From NCBI GenBank assembly GCA_964291395.2, contig OZ219858.1, positions 64,001 to 128,000 on the forward strand: a stretch of DNA of 64,000 nucleotides, written 5' to 3'. Below the pieces are notes generated by a model. That model was not told the DNA's origin, did not search any database, and saw only the letters and a program-made list of their open reading frames with translations. Below, in pieces: positions 10,531-19,884 of this stretch. Origin of the DNA: Alphaproteobacteria bacterium (lineage in GTDB: Bacteria > Pseudomonadota > Alphaproteobacteria > UBA2966). Each line of letters opens with the position of its first letter. Position 1 is the stretch's first letter. Both the position numbers and the translations under genes were made by a program.

Positions 10531-11178
10531 ATGATCACGGTACTGGTCGCCAACCCGAAGGGCGGCTGCGGCAAAACCACGATCGCCACCAATCTGGCGG
10601 CAGCCTTCGCCAACGGGGGTCTGCGCACGGCGCTCGCCGATGCCGACCGCCAGCGCAGCAGCCTGTATTGGCTAAAGCTGCGCCCGAGTACGGTCCCGCG
10701 CATTCTCGGCCTCGAGTGGATCAAGGGCGATCCCAAGCCTCCGAAGGGCATCGACCGGCTCGTCATCGATTGCCCGGCCGGCCTTCGGCCGTGGCGGTTC
10801 CGCCAATTCGTCGCGCGCGTCGATGTCGTCGTCATCCCGGTGCTGCCGTCGCCCTTCGACGAGCGAACGGCCGAGCGCTTCGTGAAGCGGATACTGAGGA
10901 ACAAGGCGATCCGCAAACGACGCGCGGCGGTAGGGCTCGTGCGCAACCGAGTCCGCGCCCGATCGCGCGCCGCGGACCACCTGGAGATCGCGACGACCGG
11001 GATGGACGTGCCCGACGTCGGCGAAATCCGGGACCGGGCACTCTATATAGAGGTGGCGTCGAACGGCCTGGGCATCTTCGACCTGCCGACGCCCCGTATC
11101 GAGACGGTCCAGGCCGATTGGTATCCGCTGCTTCGCTACATCGAGACCGCCGGATGGCGCGGTTCGGCAAACGAGTGA
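10531..11178 (+). CDS. Short ParA/MinD-family ATPase
   Basis: Deviant Walker A NPKGGCGKTT, plus DADRQ and VIDCPAG. 215 aa, no adjacent parB. Confidence 0.9.
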   Translation: MITVLVANPKGGCGKTTIATNLAAAFANGGLRTALADADRQRSSLYWLKLRPSTVPRILGLEWIKGDPKPPKGIDRLVIDCPAGLRPWRFRQFVARVDVVVIPVLPSPFDERTAERFVKRILRNKAIRKRRAAVGLVRNRVRARSRAADHLEIATTGMDVPDVGEIRDRALYIEVASNGLGIFDLPTPRIETVQADWYPLLRYIETAGWRGSANE

Positions 11179-11262
11179 GCCGCGAGACGCGGAACCGCAA
11201 AAGCGCACAATATTGCGGCTGAGTCCTCTGCACGGCACCATGGACAAAACCCGGGAGACGCC

Positions 11263-12951
11263 ATGAACCGCGCCAACGCTCCGTTCGACCCCGTAAGCCT
11301 CAAGATCATGTGGGACCGATTGGTCTCCCTGACCGACGAATGCCTCGAGGCGATGGTCCGCGCGTCGTTCTCGACCACGGTGCGGGAGTGCTACGACCTT
11401 TCGGTCACGGTCATGGACCGGCGAGGGCATTTCATGGCTCAGGGCTCTCAGAGCATCCCTTCGTTCACCGGCTCCACGCCGGCTTCGCTCAAACACATGC
11501 TGGACCGCTTTCCGCCGGAGACGCTGGTGCCAGGGGACGTGCTCTGCACCAACGATCCCTGGATGGGCACGGGACACGTCTTCGACCTCACGGTGATGCG
11601 TCCCGTGTTTCGTGGCGATGAGATCGTCGCCTACACCATGAGTATCTCGCATTTGCCCGATATCGGCGGTGTCGGTTACGGCACGGCTGGCTCGGAGATC
11701 TACCAGGAAGGATTGCGCCTGCCGGTTTGCAAGCTCGTCGAAGCCGGCACGGTCAACGAAACCGTGCTGGAGCTGCTGCGTTACAACACGCGGGTGCCGG
11801 AGCAGGTCATCGGCGACTTCATGGCCAACGTGAACTGCAATCAGATCGCCGGGCGCGAGCTGCTGGCGTACATGGGGGAGTACGACCTCGACCAACTGGA
11901 CGATCTGTCGTGGGCGATCCGAAATCAGTCGGAGCAGGCGATGCGCACGAAAATCCGCGCGCTGCGTGACGGTGTCTACGAACACAGCATCAAGATCGAG
12001 GGCTTCCCCGATCCCATCACATTGGCCTGCCGGATCGAGATCGCCGGGGACAGCATGCACATCGATTACGCCGGTACGGATGCCAGCGTGCCGCGCGGCA
12101 TCAATGCTCCCTACTGCTTCACCAACTCCTACTCGCTCTATGCGGTGAAATGTCTCGTCGGCCTGACGACCCCCAACAACCAGGGCGTGATGGCGCCGAT
12201 AAGCGTCGCAGCGCCGGAGGGTTCATGCCTGAACACCCTGCCGCCGTCACCGACCGGGGCGCGGCACCTGACGGGATATTTCTGCATGCCGCTGATCTTC
12301 GGCACTCTCGCCGACGCGGGACCTGAGCAGCTGCAGGCGGATTCCGGAATGCTCAACGTCTTCAACATGCAGGGCCGACACAAGGACGGACGGCCCGTGA
12401 CGGCGCTCTACTTCTCGTCCGGCGGCTTCGGCGCCCTCGATGGCCACGACGGTTGGCCCAACACCGCGCTGCCGGCCAATGTCGCCATCGTGCCCGCCGA
12501 GGTGTGGGAGAACATTACCGGAATGGAGGTCGTGCGTAAGGGGTTGCGGCCCGATACGGGCGGGCCCGGCACGGCGCGCGGCGGACTCGGCGGCGAGACC
12601 GTGCTGCGCAATGCCACGGGCTATCCCATGACGGTTTTCGGGATGGAATGCCGCACCGTGTTTCCGCCGGTTGGCATGCTGGGGGGGTACCCGGGCGAAT
12701 TCCGCGAGACGCGTATCAACGGCGAGCCGGTCGTCTACCGCAGCAGCTACCGGCTCGAGCCCGGTGATGTCATCGAGCTCTTGGAGTGCGGCGGCGGCGG
12801 CTACGGTGATCCGTACGACCGGGACCCTGCGAAGGTCCTCGAGGACGTGCGGCATGGTTTCGTTACCCGGGACGGCGCCTTGCGAGACTATGGCGTCACC
12901 GTCGATCTGACCTCCATGGCGGCCGAACGGGTCCGACCGGCGGCGGAATGA
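11263..12951 (+). CDS. Hydantoinase B/oxoprolinase family protein
   Basis: Motifs SFSTTVRE, NDPWMGTGH, HLPDIGG, EIYQEG and GGGGYGDP. Confidence 0.92.
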   Translation: MNRANAPFDPVSLKIMWDRLVSLTDECLEAMVRASFSTTVRECYDLSVTVMDRRGHFMAQGSQSIPSFTGSTPASLKHMLDRFPPETLVPGDVLCTNDPWMGTGHVFDLTVMRPVFRGDEIVAYTMSISHLPDIGGVGYGTAGSEIYQEGLRLPVCKLVEAGTVNETVLELLRYNTRVPEQVIGDFMANVNCNQIAGRELLAYMGEYDLDQLDDLSWAIRNQSEQAMRTKIRALRDGVYEHSIKIEGFPDPITLACRIEIAGDSMHIDYAGTDASVPRGINAPYCFTNSYSLYAVKCLVGLTTPNNQGVMAPISVAAPEGSCLNTLPPSPTGARHLTGYFCMPLIFGTLADAGPEQLQADSGMLNVFNMQGRHKDGRPVTALYFSSGGFGALDGHDGWPNTALPANVAIVPAEVWENITGMEVVRKGLRPDTGGPGTARGGLGGETVLRNATGYPMTVFGMECRTVFPPVGMLGGYPGEFRETRINGEPVVYRSSYRLEPGDVIELLECGGGGYGDPYDRDPAKVLEDVRHGFVTRDGALRDYGVTVDLTSMAAERVRPAAE

Positions 12952-12952
12952 A

Positions 12953-14299
12953 CTATTCGGCGGCCTCGAGCAGTTCGGCGCTGCAGGCCTTGACGAGCTC
13001 GGCGAGCTTTTTCGGCTTGTCGAATTCGATGCGTTTGCCGTCGAGGCAGGCCTCCGCCATTTTCAGACGCATGGCGCGCAGGAGATCGCCGTTCTCGAAG
13101 ACCTCGGGCGTATAGCCCAACTCTTCCAGGCGCTTGCCGATAACCCAGGGCGGTGCCCAGCCCGGCGTGACACGATAGCCCGCTGTCCGCCCGATCCATT
13201 CCGGCGGCAGGTCGCATGGGCGCCCCGGCATCTGCACGAAATCCGGATCGAGATAGCGGTAGGCCCGCTCGCCAATAATTGGATAGTCCGGCGTGATGCT
13301 TTCGCCCATGTGGATCTTCACCATCCGGCCGGCGATCTCCGACAAGCGCTCAAACTTGTAAGTCTCGCGCACATGCTCGTTGCCGGCCCGAAGCAGGTTG
13401 GTGAGCAGCATCATCGACGAGCCGTGATAGCCCTGGGCCGCATGGGGCGTGAACCCCGACCAGACGCCGTCGGCGCCGGCCAGAATGCCCTCGATCACCG
13501 CGGCGTCCTCGGTGCCGTTGCCGGAATGCGGGTGGAGGAGGATGACGCGCGGCGATGGGTTGTACCGGCGCATGAGCCTGACCAGTTCCGCCGTCTGGAA
13601 CGGGAAATGGGTGCCGCGGACATCCTCGAACATGAGGCCGCTGACGGGTAGCGCGGCGAACAGCTTCAGCATACGTACGACAAACTCGGGATCCTCATCC
13701 CAGGCGTCGAAGACATCGGCGAGCCGCAGGTAGATGCGCCCCCGGCGGTTCGTCGCGTTCTCTTCCGGCAGGTGTTCACGCAGGAACATCACCGCGTCCT
13801 CGATGATGCGGAGCAGTCCCTCGCGGGTGCGCCCCTCTTCCTTCAGCAGGCTCGGGCGGGTATCGAGGTACACCACCACGTTCGGGACCTTGCCCCACAG
13901 AGTCCGCTCGATACCGTAGTTCGTTCGAAACGATGCACCGGGCGCGGCGCCGCCGTCCGTCATGCCCATGGTGGAGACGGTCGAGAACACCCCGTCCATG
14001 TTCTCCCGCTTTTCGATGAACCATTCGAGGAACTGCACGTCGACGTTCCGGAAGTCGAAAAAGCTGAACAGCGCCAATTCCTTGAAACCGAATTCCTCCG
14101 CAAGCCGATAGAGCTTGATACGATCCTTGAGCGTGTGCCCGCGGGGCGCAGGCAAGCGGCCCTCCAGGACCGACAAATCGAGGATGTGAGGCATGACGTT
14201 CCGCAAACGTGACATGCTTGCGTCAAGCCGCCGGTTCATGCCGGCGATGGCGTCTTTGTCTCGCTTGTTGAGTCGGGTCTTGTTGGCCGCACGGGACAT
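12953..14299 (-). CDS. Divergent DRE-TIM (HMGL-like/LeuA-like) barrel protein of unknown function
   Basis: N-terminal ILDLSVLEG sits in place of D-x-T-L-R-D/E-G. Also FEDVRG, the metal motif LHPH, GADGVW and PIIGERA. Confidence 0.6.
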   Translation of the reverse strand: MSRAANKTRLNKRDKDAIAGMNRRLDASMSRLRNVMPHILDLSVLEGRLPAPRGHTLKDRIKLYRLAEEFGFKELALFSFFDFRNVDVQFLEWFIEKRENMDGVFSTVSTMGMTDGGAAPGASFRTNYGIERTLWGKVPNVVVYLDTRPSLLKEEGRTREGLLRIIEDAVMFLREHLPEENATNRRGRIYLRLADVFDAWDEDPEFVVRMLKLFAALPVSGLMFEDVRGTHFPFQTAELVRLMRRYNPSPRVILLHPHSGNGTEDAAVIEGILAGADGVWSGFTPHAAQGYHGSSMMLLTNLLRAGNEHVRETYKFERLSEIAGRMVKIHMGESITPDYPIIGERAYRYLDPDFVQMPGRPCDLPPEWIGRTAGYRVTPGWAPPWVIGKRLEELGYTPEVFENGDLLRAMRLKMAEACLDGKRIEFDKPKKLAELVKACSAELLEAAE

Positions 14300-14399
14300 C
14301 GCCCACTCCCCAGCAATGGATCCGCAAAGATGTCCCCATGTTAGCCGAAAGGTGCACAGGAAGGGCTACGGCGTCACGACGGTTCTTCCCCTCTCGTCC

Positions 14400-14475
14400 G
14401 CCCTCTCCGGCCTCCTCCCTGCCAGGGGGGAGGAGAGCAAGGTCGATCCACAAGGGTCCCGGACGGGGAGAGGGC
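14400..14475. repeat. REP-like nested palindrome
   Basis: Outer arms gccctctcc...ggagagggc enclose the inner hairpin ctcctccctgccaggggggaggag. Confidence 0.45.
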
Positions 14476-15405
14476 TCAATACTGCGCGTCCCGATCCACC
14501 AGGCATTGGAGCGTCTCGCCCCGTTGGGCGCGACGCACCTGGGCGGCCAGCATGGGCACGGCCGTCTCGGGCGCCGTCAGGCTGGAAACGTGGGGCGTGA
14601 TCCGCACTTTGGGATGTGTCCACAGGGGATTGTCCGGCGGCAAGGGCTCCTCGTCGAAGACGTCGAGCGCGGCCCCGGACAACTGCCCCGAATCCAGGGC
14701 CGCCAGCAGGTCGGCCTCGACGACCAAGGCCCCCCGCGCGCAGTTGATCAGGTAGGCTCCCCTCGGCAACTGGCCGAGCGTCTTCTCGTTCAGCACGCCC
14801 CGCGTCTCGGAAGTAAGGGGCAGCAGACAAATGAGGATTTCACTTCCTCTCAGAAAGTCGGGCAGCGCGTCCTTCCCGTGATGGGACGTCACGCCCGGCT
14901 CGTCTTTCGGCGTCCGGCTCCAACTGCCGAGCACGAAGCCGAACGGCCGCAGCCGGCGTGCCGTCGTTCTCCCCAGGGCGCCCAATCCCAGGATGCCGAC
15001 ACCCCGGTCCCCGGCATCCTTCTGCGGCACCTGCCGCCACGACTTGCGGCCCTGAAGGTCCGCGTAGGCGTCGAATTCCCGATGCGACCACAGGGTCAGC
15101 GCCGCCGTGTACTCGGCCATCCGCTCCGCCATGAGCGGATCGATCAGACGCGCGATGGGCACGCCGTCCGGCAGCTTCGGATCCTCGAACAGATGGTCCA
15201 CCCCGGCACCCGGCGAGAGGATGGCCTTGAGGTTGGGAAATCCGGCGAGCCGGCCGCGGGGCAGGTTCCAGACGACCGCAAACTCGATGTCGGCCGGATC
15301 GCCCACGTCGGGCCAAACCCGGAACTCCACGTCCGGAATGAGCCTCGACAGGCCCTCGCGAATCTGTTCGCCTTCTTCCCATTCGCAGTGGAACAGCAAC
15401 GCCAT
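14476..15405 (-). CDS. ghrA: Glyoxylate/hydroxypyruvate reductase A family D-2-hydroxyacid dehydrogenase
   Basis: Motifs GAGVDH, GILGLGALG, LPLTSET, INCARG, LDVF and ITPHVS. Confidence 0.85.
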   Translation of the reverse strand: MALLFHCEWEEGEQIREGLSRLIPDVEFRVWPDVGDPADIEFAVVWNLPRGRLAGFPNLKAILSPGAGVDHLFEDPKLPDGVPIARLIDPLMAERMAEYTAALTLWSHREFDAYADLQGRKSWRQVPQKDAGDRGVGILGLGALGRTTARRLRPFGFVLGSWSRTPKDEPGVTSHHGKDALPDFLRGSEILICLLPLTSETRGVLNEKTLGQLPRGAYLINCARGALVVEADLLAALDSGQLSGAALDVFDEEPLPPDNPLWTHPKVRITPHVSSLTAPETAVPMLAAQVRRAQRGETLQCLVDRDAQY

Positions 15406-15514
15406 GGCCGGATGCCTCTCGATGACGGAGTGGAAGTGCTACCATCCCCGGGAGCCGAGGCCAAGCAGCGCCGGGACTCGACGAGACCTTCCGCGAGGAA
15501 CGGAGGCAGGATCG

Positions 15515-16528
15515 ATGCGCGACGTCCACGTTCCCGTCATTGACGTGGCGCCGTTTCTGGCGGGCGACGCGGCCGCGAGCCGCGCGCTGGCGCGTGAGGT
15601 CGACGTCGCGTGCCGCGAGATCGGGTTTTTCACCGTCGTGGGCCATGCCGTTCCCGAGACGCTGATCGAGGAAGCGCGGGACGCGGCGCTTGGCTTTTTC
15701 CGCCTGCCTGTCGAGGAGAAGCGGCGAACGCCGCGTCCGTCCCACGAGTCGGGACGCGGCTATACGGTATTCGGCGATCAGGCGCTCGCATACTCCCTGG
15801 GCGTCGAAACGCCCCCCGACCTGCAGGAAAGCTTCGGCATCGGACCGCTCGACGCGCTGCCGGACGACCCCTACTACTCCGCGCCCGAGGCCTGGACGTT
15901 CTTCGCCCCCAACATCTGGCCCTCGACCCCGGTCGAATTTCGGCCCGCGTTCAGCCGGTACTTCGCGAAGATCGATATTCTGTCGCGCCGGCTGATGGGG
16001 CTTTTCGCCCTTGCCCTCGGACTGGACGGACGGTATTTCGACGACAAGGTCGACCGCCCGGTCAGCAGCATGAGAGCCGTTCACTATCCGCCGCTGCGGG
16101 CGACGCCGCAGTCGGGCCAACTGCGTGCGGGCGCACACTCCGACTACGGATCGCTCACCATTCTGCAGACCGACGACGATTCGGGCTGCCTGCAGGTGAA
16201 AACTCGACGCGGCGACTGGATCGACGTGATCCCGCCGCCGGGAGCTTTCGTCGTCAATCTCGGCGACCTCATGAGCCGCTGGACCAATGACCGCTGGATT
16301 TCGACCCTGCACCGCGTGGCCATCCCACCCGACGGCCATGGCGGCGCGCGGCTCTCGCTCGTGTTTTTCGGCCAACCGAACTACGACACCGTGATCGAAT
16401 GCCTGCCGACGTGCCGGGGACCCGACAATCCGCCCCGCTATCCTCCGATCAGCACCGTCGAGCTCTCACGGTCCAAGCACATGAAGGTGCGCCACATGGA
16501 CGTCGGTTACGAGGCCGCCCGCCCCTAG
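15515..16528 (+). CDS. Isopenicillin N synthase-family 2OG-Fe(II) oxygenase
   Basis: Motifs VPVID, IGFF, HSDYGSLT, NLGDLM, TLHRV and RLS. ATG 15515 follows GGAGG. Confidence 0.9.
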   Translation: MRDVHVPVIDVAPFLAGDAAASRALAREVDVACREIGFFTVVGHAVPETLIEEARDAALGFFRLPVEEKRRTPRPSHESGRGYTVFGDQALAYSLGVETPPDLQESFGIGPLDALPDDPYYSAPEAWTFFAPNIWPSTPVEFRPAFSRYFAKIDILSRRLMGLFALALGLDGRYFDDKVDRPVSSMRAVHYPPLRATPQSGQLRAGAHSDYGSLTILQTDDDSGCLQVKTRRGDWIDVIPPPGAFVVNLGDLMSRWTNDRWISTLHRVAIPPDGHGGARLSLVFFGQPNYDTVIECLPTCRGPDNPPRYPPISTVELSRSKHMKVRHMDVGYEAARP

Positions 16529-16932
16529 CCGGCAAGATACGCGATCACCTGGACTTCGAGCAGATAGTCCGGATCCGCGAGGCGGGAAACCTCCACGACG
16601 GTCGAAACGGGCCGTGTGTCGCCGAAGAATTCCGCGGCGACCGGACTGCCGAACTCACGGTAGCCGGCGAGGTCGGTGGCGAACACCGTACAGGAAACGA
16701 CGTCGGACGACCCCGCGCCGACTGCCGCCAGCGCCCGCCCGACGTTCGCGTATGCCGCCGCTGCCTGTGCCGCCATGTCGCCTCTCCCGATCAATGTGCC
16801 GTCCGTGTCCAGGGCCACCATCCCGGAGAGATGAATCTGCGTACCCGCCCTCGTTCGGATCACCTGCGGATAGGTTCTCCCGCCGGCATCTCGAAGCTCG
16901 TACAAGTCCGTCGGATTTATCCGCTCGATCAT
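16525..16932 (-). CDS. Rid (YjgF/YER057c/UK114) family protein
   Basis: Motifs LSGMVA, AQAAAAYANV and PVSTVVEVSRL...LLEV. Confidence 0.85.
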   Translation of the reverse strand: MIERINPTDLYELRDAGGRTYPQVIRTRAGTQIHLSGMVALDTDGTLIGRGDMAAQAAAAYANVGRALAAVGAGSSDVVSCTVFATDLAGYREFGSPVAAEFFGDTRPVSTVVEVSRLADPDYLLEVQVIAYLAG

Positions 16933-16963
16933 GATGGCTGGCGGCAACGTCGTTGGACTTGAA

Positions 16964-17968
16964 TCACCGGTTTGCCTCCCCGTCGATGCGCGTCGTGAGC
17001 TTTTTGTACATCTCCGGCCCTGCCATCACGGGCTGATATCGGGGCGGATTGCCGGGTGACGTACAGGTCTCGAGACACCGCACCTCCGTGTCATAGTTGG
17101 GGTGCAGGAAGTAGCCGATCGACTGGCGCCGGACACCCGCTTCGTCCGGTGACGGCACTTCGACCCGATGCCGGGTGGAAGCCCAGCGGTCGTTGGTCCA
17201 GCGCGCCATCATATCGCCGATATTGAGAACCAATTGTCCGGGACCCGCCGTGACATCCTCCCAAGCGCCGCCAGGCCTCTGTATCTGCAGGCCGCCGTTC
17301 CCGTCCCTGTGATCCATGGCCAAGAGCGTCACGCTACCGAAATCGGTGTGGGCGCCGCAGCGGAGCTGTCCCGGCTGGGGCGGCCCGGACAACGGTGGAT
17401 AATGGAAGGAGCCGAGCGGGCTGAAATGCCGGTCGATTTTATCCGCGAAGTACGTTTCGGGTAGATCCAGCGCCACGGCGAAGATCCGCATCACACGTTC
17501 GGCCAGGGAGTCCATCTTCTCGTAAAGGCGAAGATGGATGGCCTTGAAGCCTTCCGGACGATCCGGCCAGAGGTTCGGCGCGTAGAGATCTTCAACACCG
17601 GGGAGGCCCGCAAAATCGGGCGCGAACCGATCACCGGGCCCGACCGTGAAGATTTCCCGCAGATCGGGCGGCCGTTCCTCGCCCAAGGTCGCCGCGAGGT
17701 TCCGGGTGCGTGGTGCCGTGTAGCCCAAGAACTGCAGTGCGCCCGGCGATAGGCACCGCCGCTTCTCCGCCTCCGGCAGGTCGAAGAAGGCCCGCCCCGC
17801 CGCGAGGGCGGCATCGATATCCGTTCGAGGGACGCCATGCCCGGAGACGACGAGAAATCCTATGGTGCGGCACGCCGTGTCCACCGCCTCCGCGATCGAC
17901 TGCTTCTCGGTAGCGGACCCTTGATCGAACGGGCTGATATCGATGACGGGGATGGAATGCTCCGGCAT
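16964..17968 (-). CDS. Isopenicillin N synthase-family 2OG-Fe(II) oxygenase (second paralog)
   Basis: Motifs IPVID, IGFL, HTDFGSVT, NIGDMM, TRHRV and RQS. Confidence 0.9.
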   Translation of the reverse strand: MPEHSIPVIDISPFDQGSATEKQSIAEAVDTACRTIGFLVVSGHGVPRTDIDAALAAGRAFFDLPEAEKRRCLSPGALQFLGYTAPRTRNLAATLGEERPPDLREIFTVGPGDRFAPDFAGLPGVEDLYAPNLWPDRPEGFKAIHLRLYEKMDSLAERVMRIFAVALDLPETYFADKIDRHFSPLGSFHYPPLSGPPQPGQLRCGAHTDFGSVTLLAMDHRDGNGGLQIQRPGGAWEDVTAGPGQLVLNIGDMMARWTNDRWASTRHRVEVPSPDEAGVRRQSIGYFLHPNYDTEVRCLETCTSPGNPPRYQPVMAGPEMYKKLTTRIDGEANR

Positions 17969-18113
17969 GACTCGTGCTGATCTCACTCAAACGTTCGCGC
18001 CGACCGACATCTTCTCATGCCTTGACCGGAGCGACCAGAAACCGGTTGTTTCAAGTGCCGTCCCCCACGGATAATGAACGAAGTTCACCATGGAAAAGGG
18101 GGGAACGAGCATC

Positions 18114-18326
18114 ATGGGTGAGATCGACGGCGACGCCATCTCTGTCTGGATAAAGGAGCACCAGGACCTCGATGTCACGCCAGAGCGAGCCAAGGAAATC
18201 GCGGCGATCGCCTTCCGCCTCAACCGCGTGACGCTTGACGCCGCCATGGCGCAGGAACATCTCGACGATCCCGCCCGGTATTTCCGGACACTCGTGGAGC
18301 TCGCCGACTTCAAGCGCGGCACATGA
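18114..18326 (+). CDS. Small protein translationally coupled to the amidase (possible AtzG/GatC-like partner subunit)
   Basis: 70 aa with a purine-rich RBS. Its stop overlaps the amidase start (ATGA at 18323-18326). Confidence 0.6.
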   Translation: MGEIDGDAISVWIKEHQDLDVTPERAKEIAAIAFRLNRVTLDAAMAQEHLDDPARYFRTLVELADFKRGT

Positions 18327-19735
18327 ACCTCCCGCTCACCGATCTTACCTTGGCGCAGGCGGCCGATTCGATTCGCCGCCGCGACGTCACCGCCGTCGCC
18401 TTCACCGAAGCGGTCCTGGCGCGCGCAAATGCGGTTCAGCCCAAGACCAACTGTTTCCTCCGAGTCCATCGGGAGGAGGCCCTCGCGGCCGCCGAACGGG
18501 CCGACGCCGAAATTGCGGACGGCAACTGGCGTGGTCCGCTGCACGGCGTGCCGCTGGCCCACAAGGACGTATTCGACCGCGAGGGACACGTCGCAACGGC
18601 AGGCGCCATCCTGTTCGACACACCGGCGACCAGCCCGGCCACCGTGATGTCAAGGCTCGACGACGCCGGAGCCACGTACCTGGGAGCTTTGAATCTGGAC
18701 GAGTTTGCCGCCGGAGGCACCGGCGCCAACGATCACTACGGACGCACGTGCAACCCCTGGAACACGAACCACATCAGCGGAGGCTCGTCCGGCGGCTCGG
18801 GAGCGTGTGTCTCCGCGCGCGCGGCCTTTGGCGCGCTCGGCGGCGACGCCGGAGGATCGGTGCGAATCCCCGCGGCCATGTGCGGTGTCGTCGGCCTCAA
18901 GCCCACGTTCGGCCGCGTCAGCCGCGCCGGCACCGCACCGCGAACGTTTTCGGTGGACTGTACCGGCCCGATGACAAGGACGGCCGAGGACTGCGCCCTG
19001 ATGCTTCAGGCCATCGCGGGTCACGATCCCCGGGACCCGACCACGCCTGACGTTCCGGTGCCCGACTATCGCGCGGCGCTGCGCACGGACCTCGGGGGTG
19101 TTCGCATCGGGGTTGCCGTGGGAAACCCCTTCGATCAGGTGGAACCGGAAATAGCCGCCCTGTTGGCGTCCGCGGCCGACACGCTCCGCGATCTCGGCGC
19201 GGTCCTCGTGGATGTCACCGTGCCCGACGTGATGCGCCTCAACGACTTGCAGCAGATTCTCGGCAAGAGCGAGGCCGCCGTCATCTGTAGCAAGTGGATG
19301 CGCGAACGGCCGGGAGACATGACGTTTGACGCGATCAGCGTCGTCCAGGAGGGCCTGCTGATGCCGGCCACCCGATATCTCGAGGCGAAATCCCTGCGGG
19401 CGCCGCTGTTGGAGGCGCACGTGCGCGCCATCTACACGGAGATCGACGTGTTGTTTGCACCCGTTTTGGCCGGACCGACGCCCACCATCGCGGAGACCGA
19501 TTTCGAGGACCACGACCGGGTCGAGGAACTCTTCACCCGCTCGGCCAGATTCACGCGCTTCGCCAACTACCTCGGCACGCCAGCCCTTTCGGTCCCGTGC
19601 GGGTTTTCCGATGGCGGCTTGCCCGTGGCTTTTCAGCTTCACGGCCCGCCCTTCGGTGAAGCGCGACTCCTGGCCGTCGCCCACGCCTACCAGGGCGCCA
19701 CCGACCACCACGCCAAGGCCCCCCGGCTTCCCTAG
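18323..19735 (+). CDS. Amidase-signature family enzyme
   Basis: Motifs PLHGVPLAHKD, GGSSGGS and GGSVRIPAAMCGVVGLKPT (Lys-cisSer-Ser triad). Confidence 0.93.
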   Translation: MNLPLTDLTLAQAADSIRRRDVTAVAFTEAVLARANAVQPKTNCFLRVHREEALAAAERADAEIADGNWRGPLHGVPLAHKDVFDREGHVATAGAILFDTPATSPATVMSRLDDAGATYLGALNLDEFAAGGTGANDHYGRTCNPWNTNHISGGSSGGSGACVSARAAFGALGGDAGGSVRIPAAMCGVVGLKPTFGRVSRAGTAPRTFSVDCTGPMTRTAEDCALMLQAIAGHDPRDPTTPDVPVPDYRAALRTDLGGVRIGVAVGNPFDQVEPEIAALLASAADTLRDLGAVLVDVTVPDVMRLNDLQQILGKSEAAVICSKWMRERPGDMTFDAISVVQEGLLMPATRYLEAKSLRAPLLEAHVRAIYTEIDVLFAPVLAGPTPTIAETDFEDHDRVEELFTRSARFTRFANYLGTPALSVPCGFSDGGLPVAFQLHGPPFGEARLLAVAHAYQGATDHHAKAPRLP

Positions 19736-19884
19736 GCGCGACCGACAGGGCGGGCGAAGGAGCCCACGACGAGAACGCCGGCAGCAGCGCGGAACCCTTG
19801 CGGCGCGCCGTTCTGGCGGTTCCCGGGGTCCGGTGTTCTAATCAAGGGGCTGCTTTCCACATCCCCGTTTCAGGAGTCTCAACC

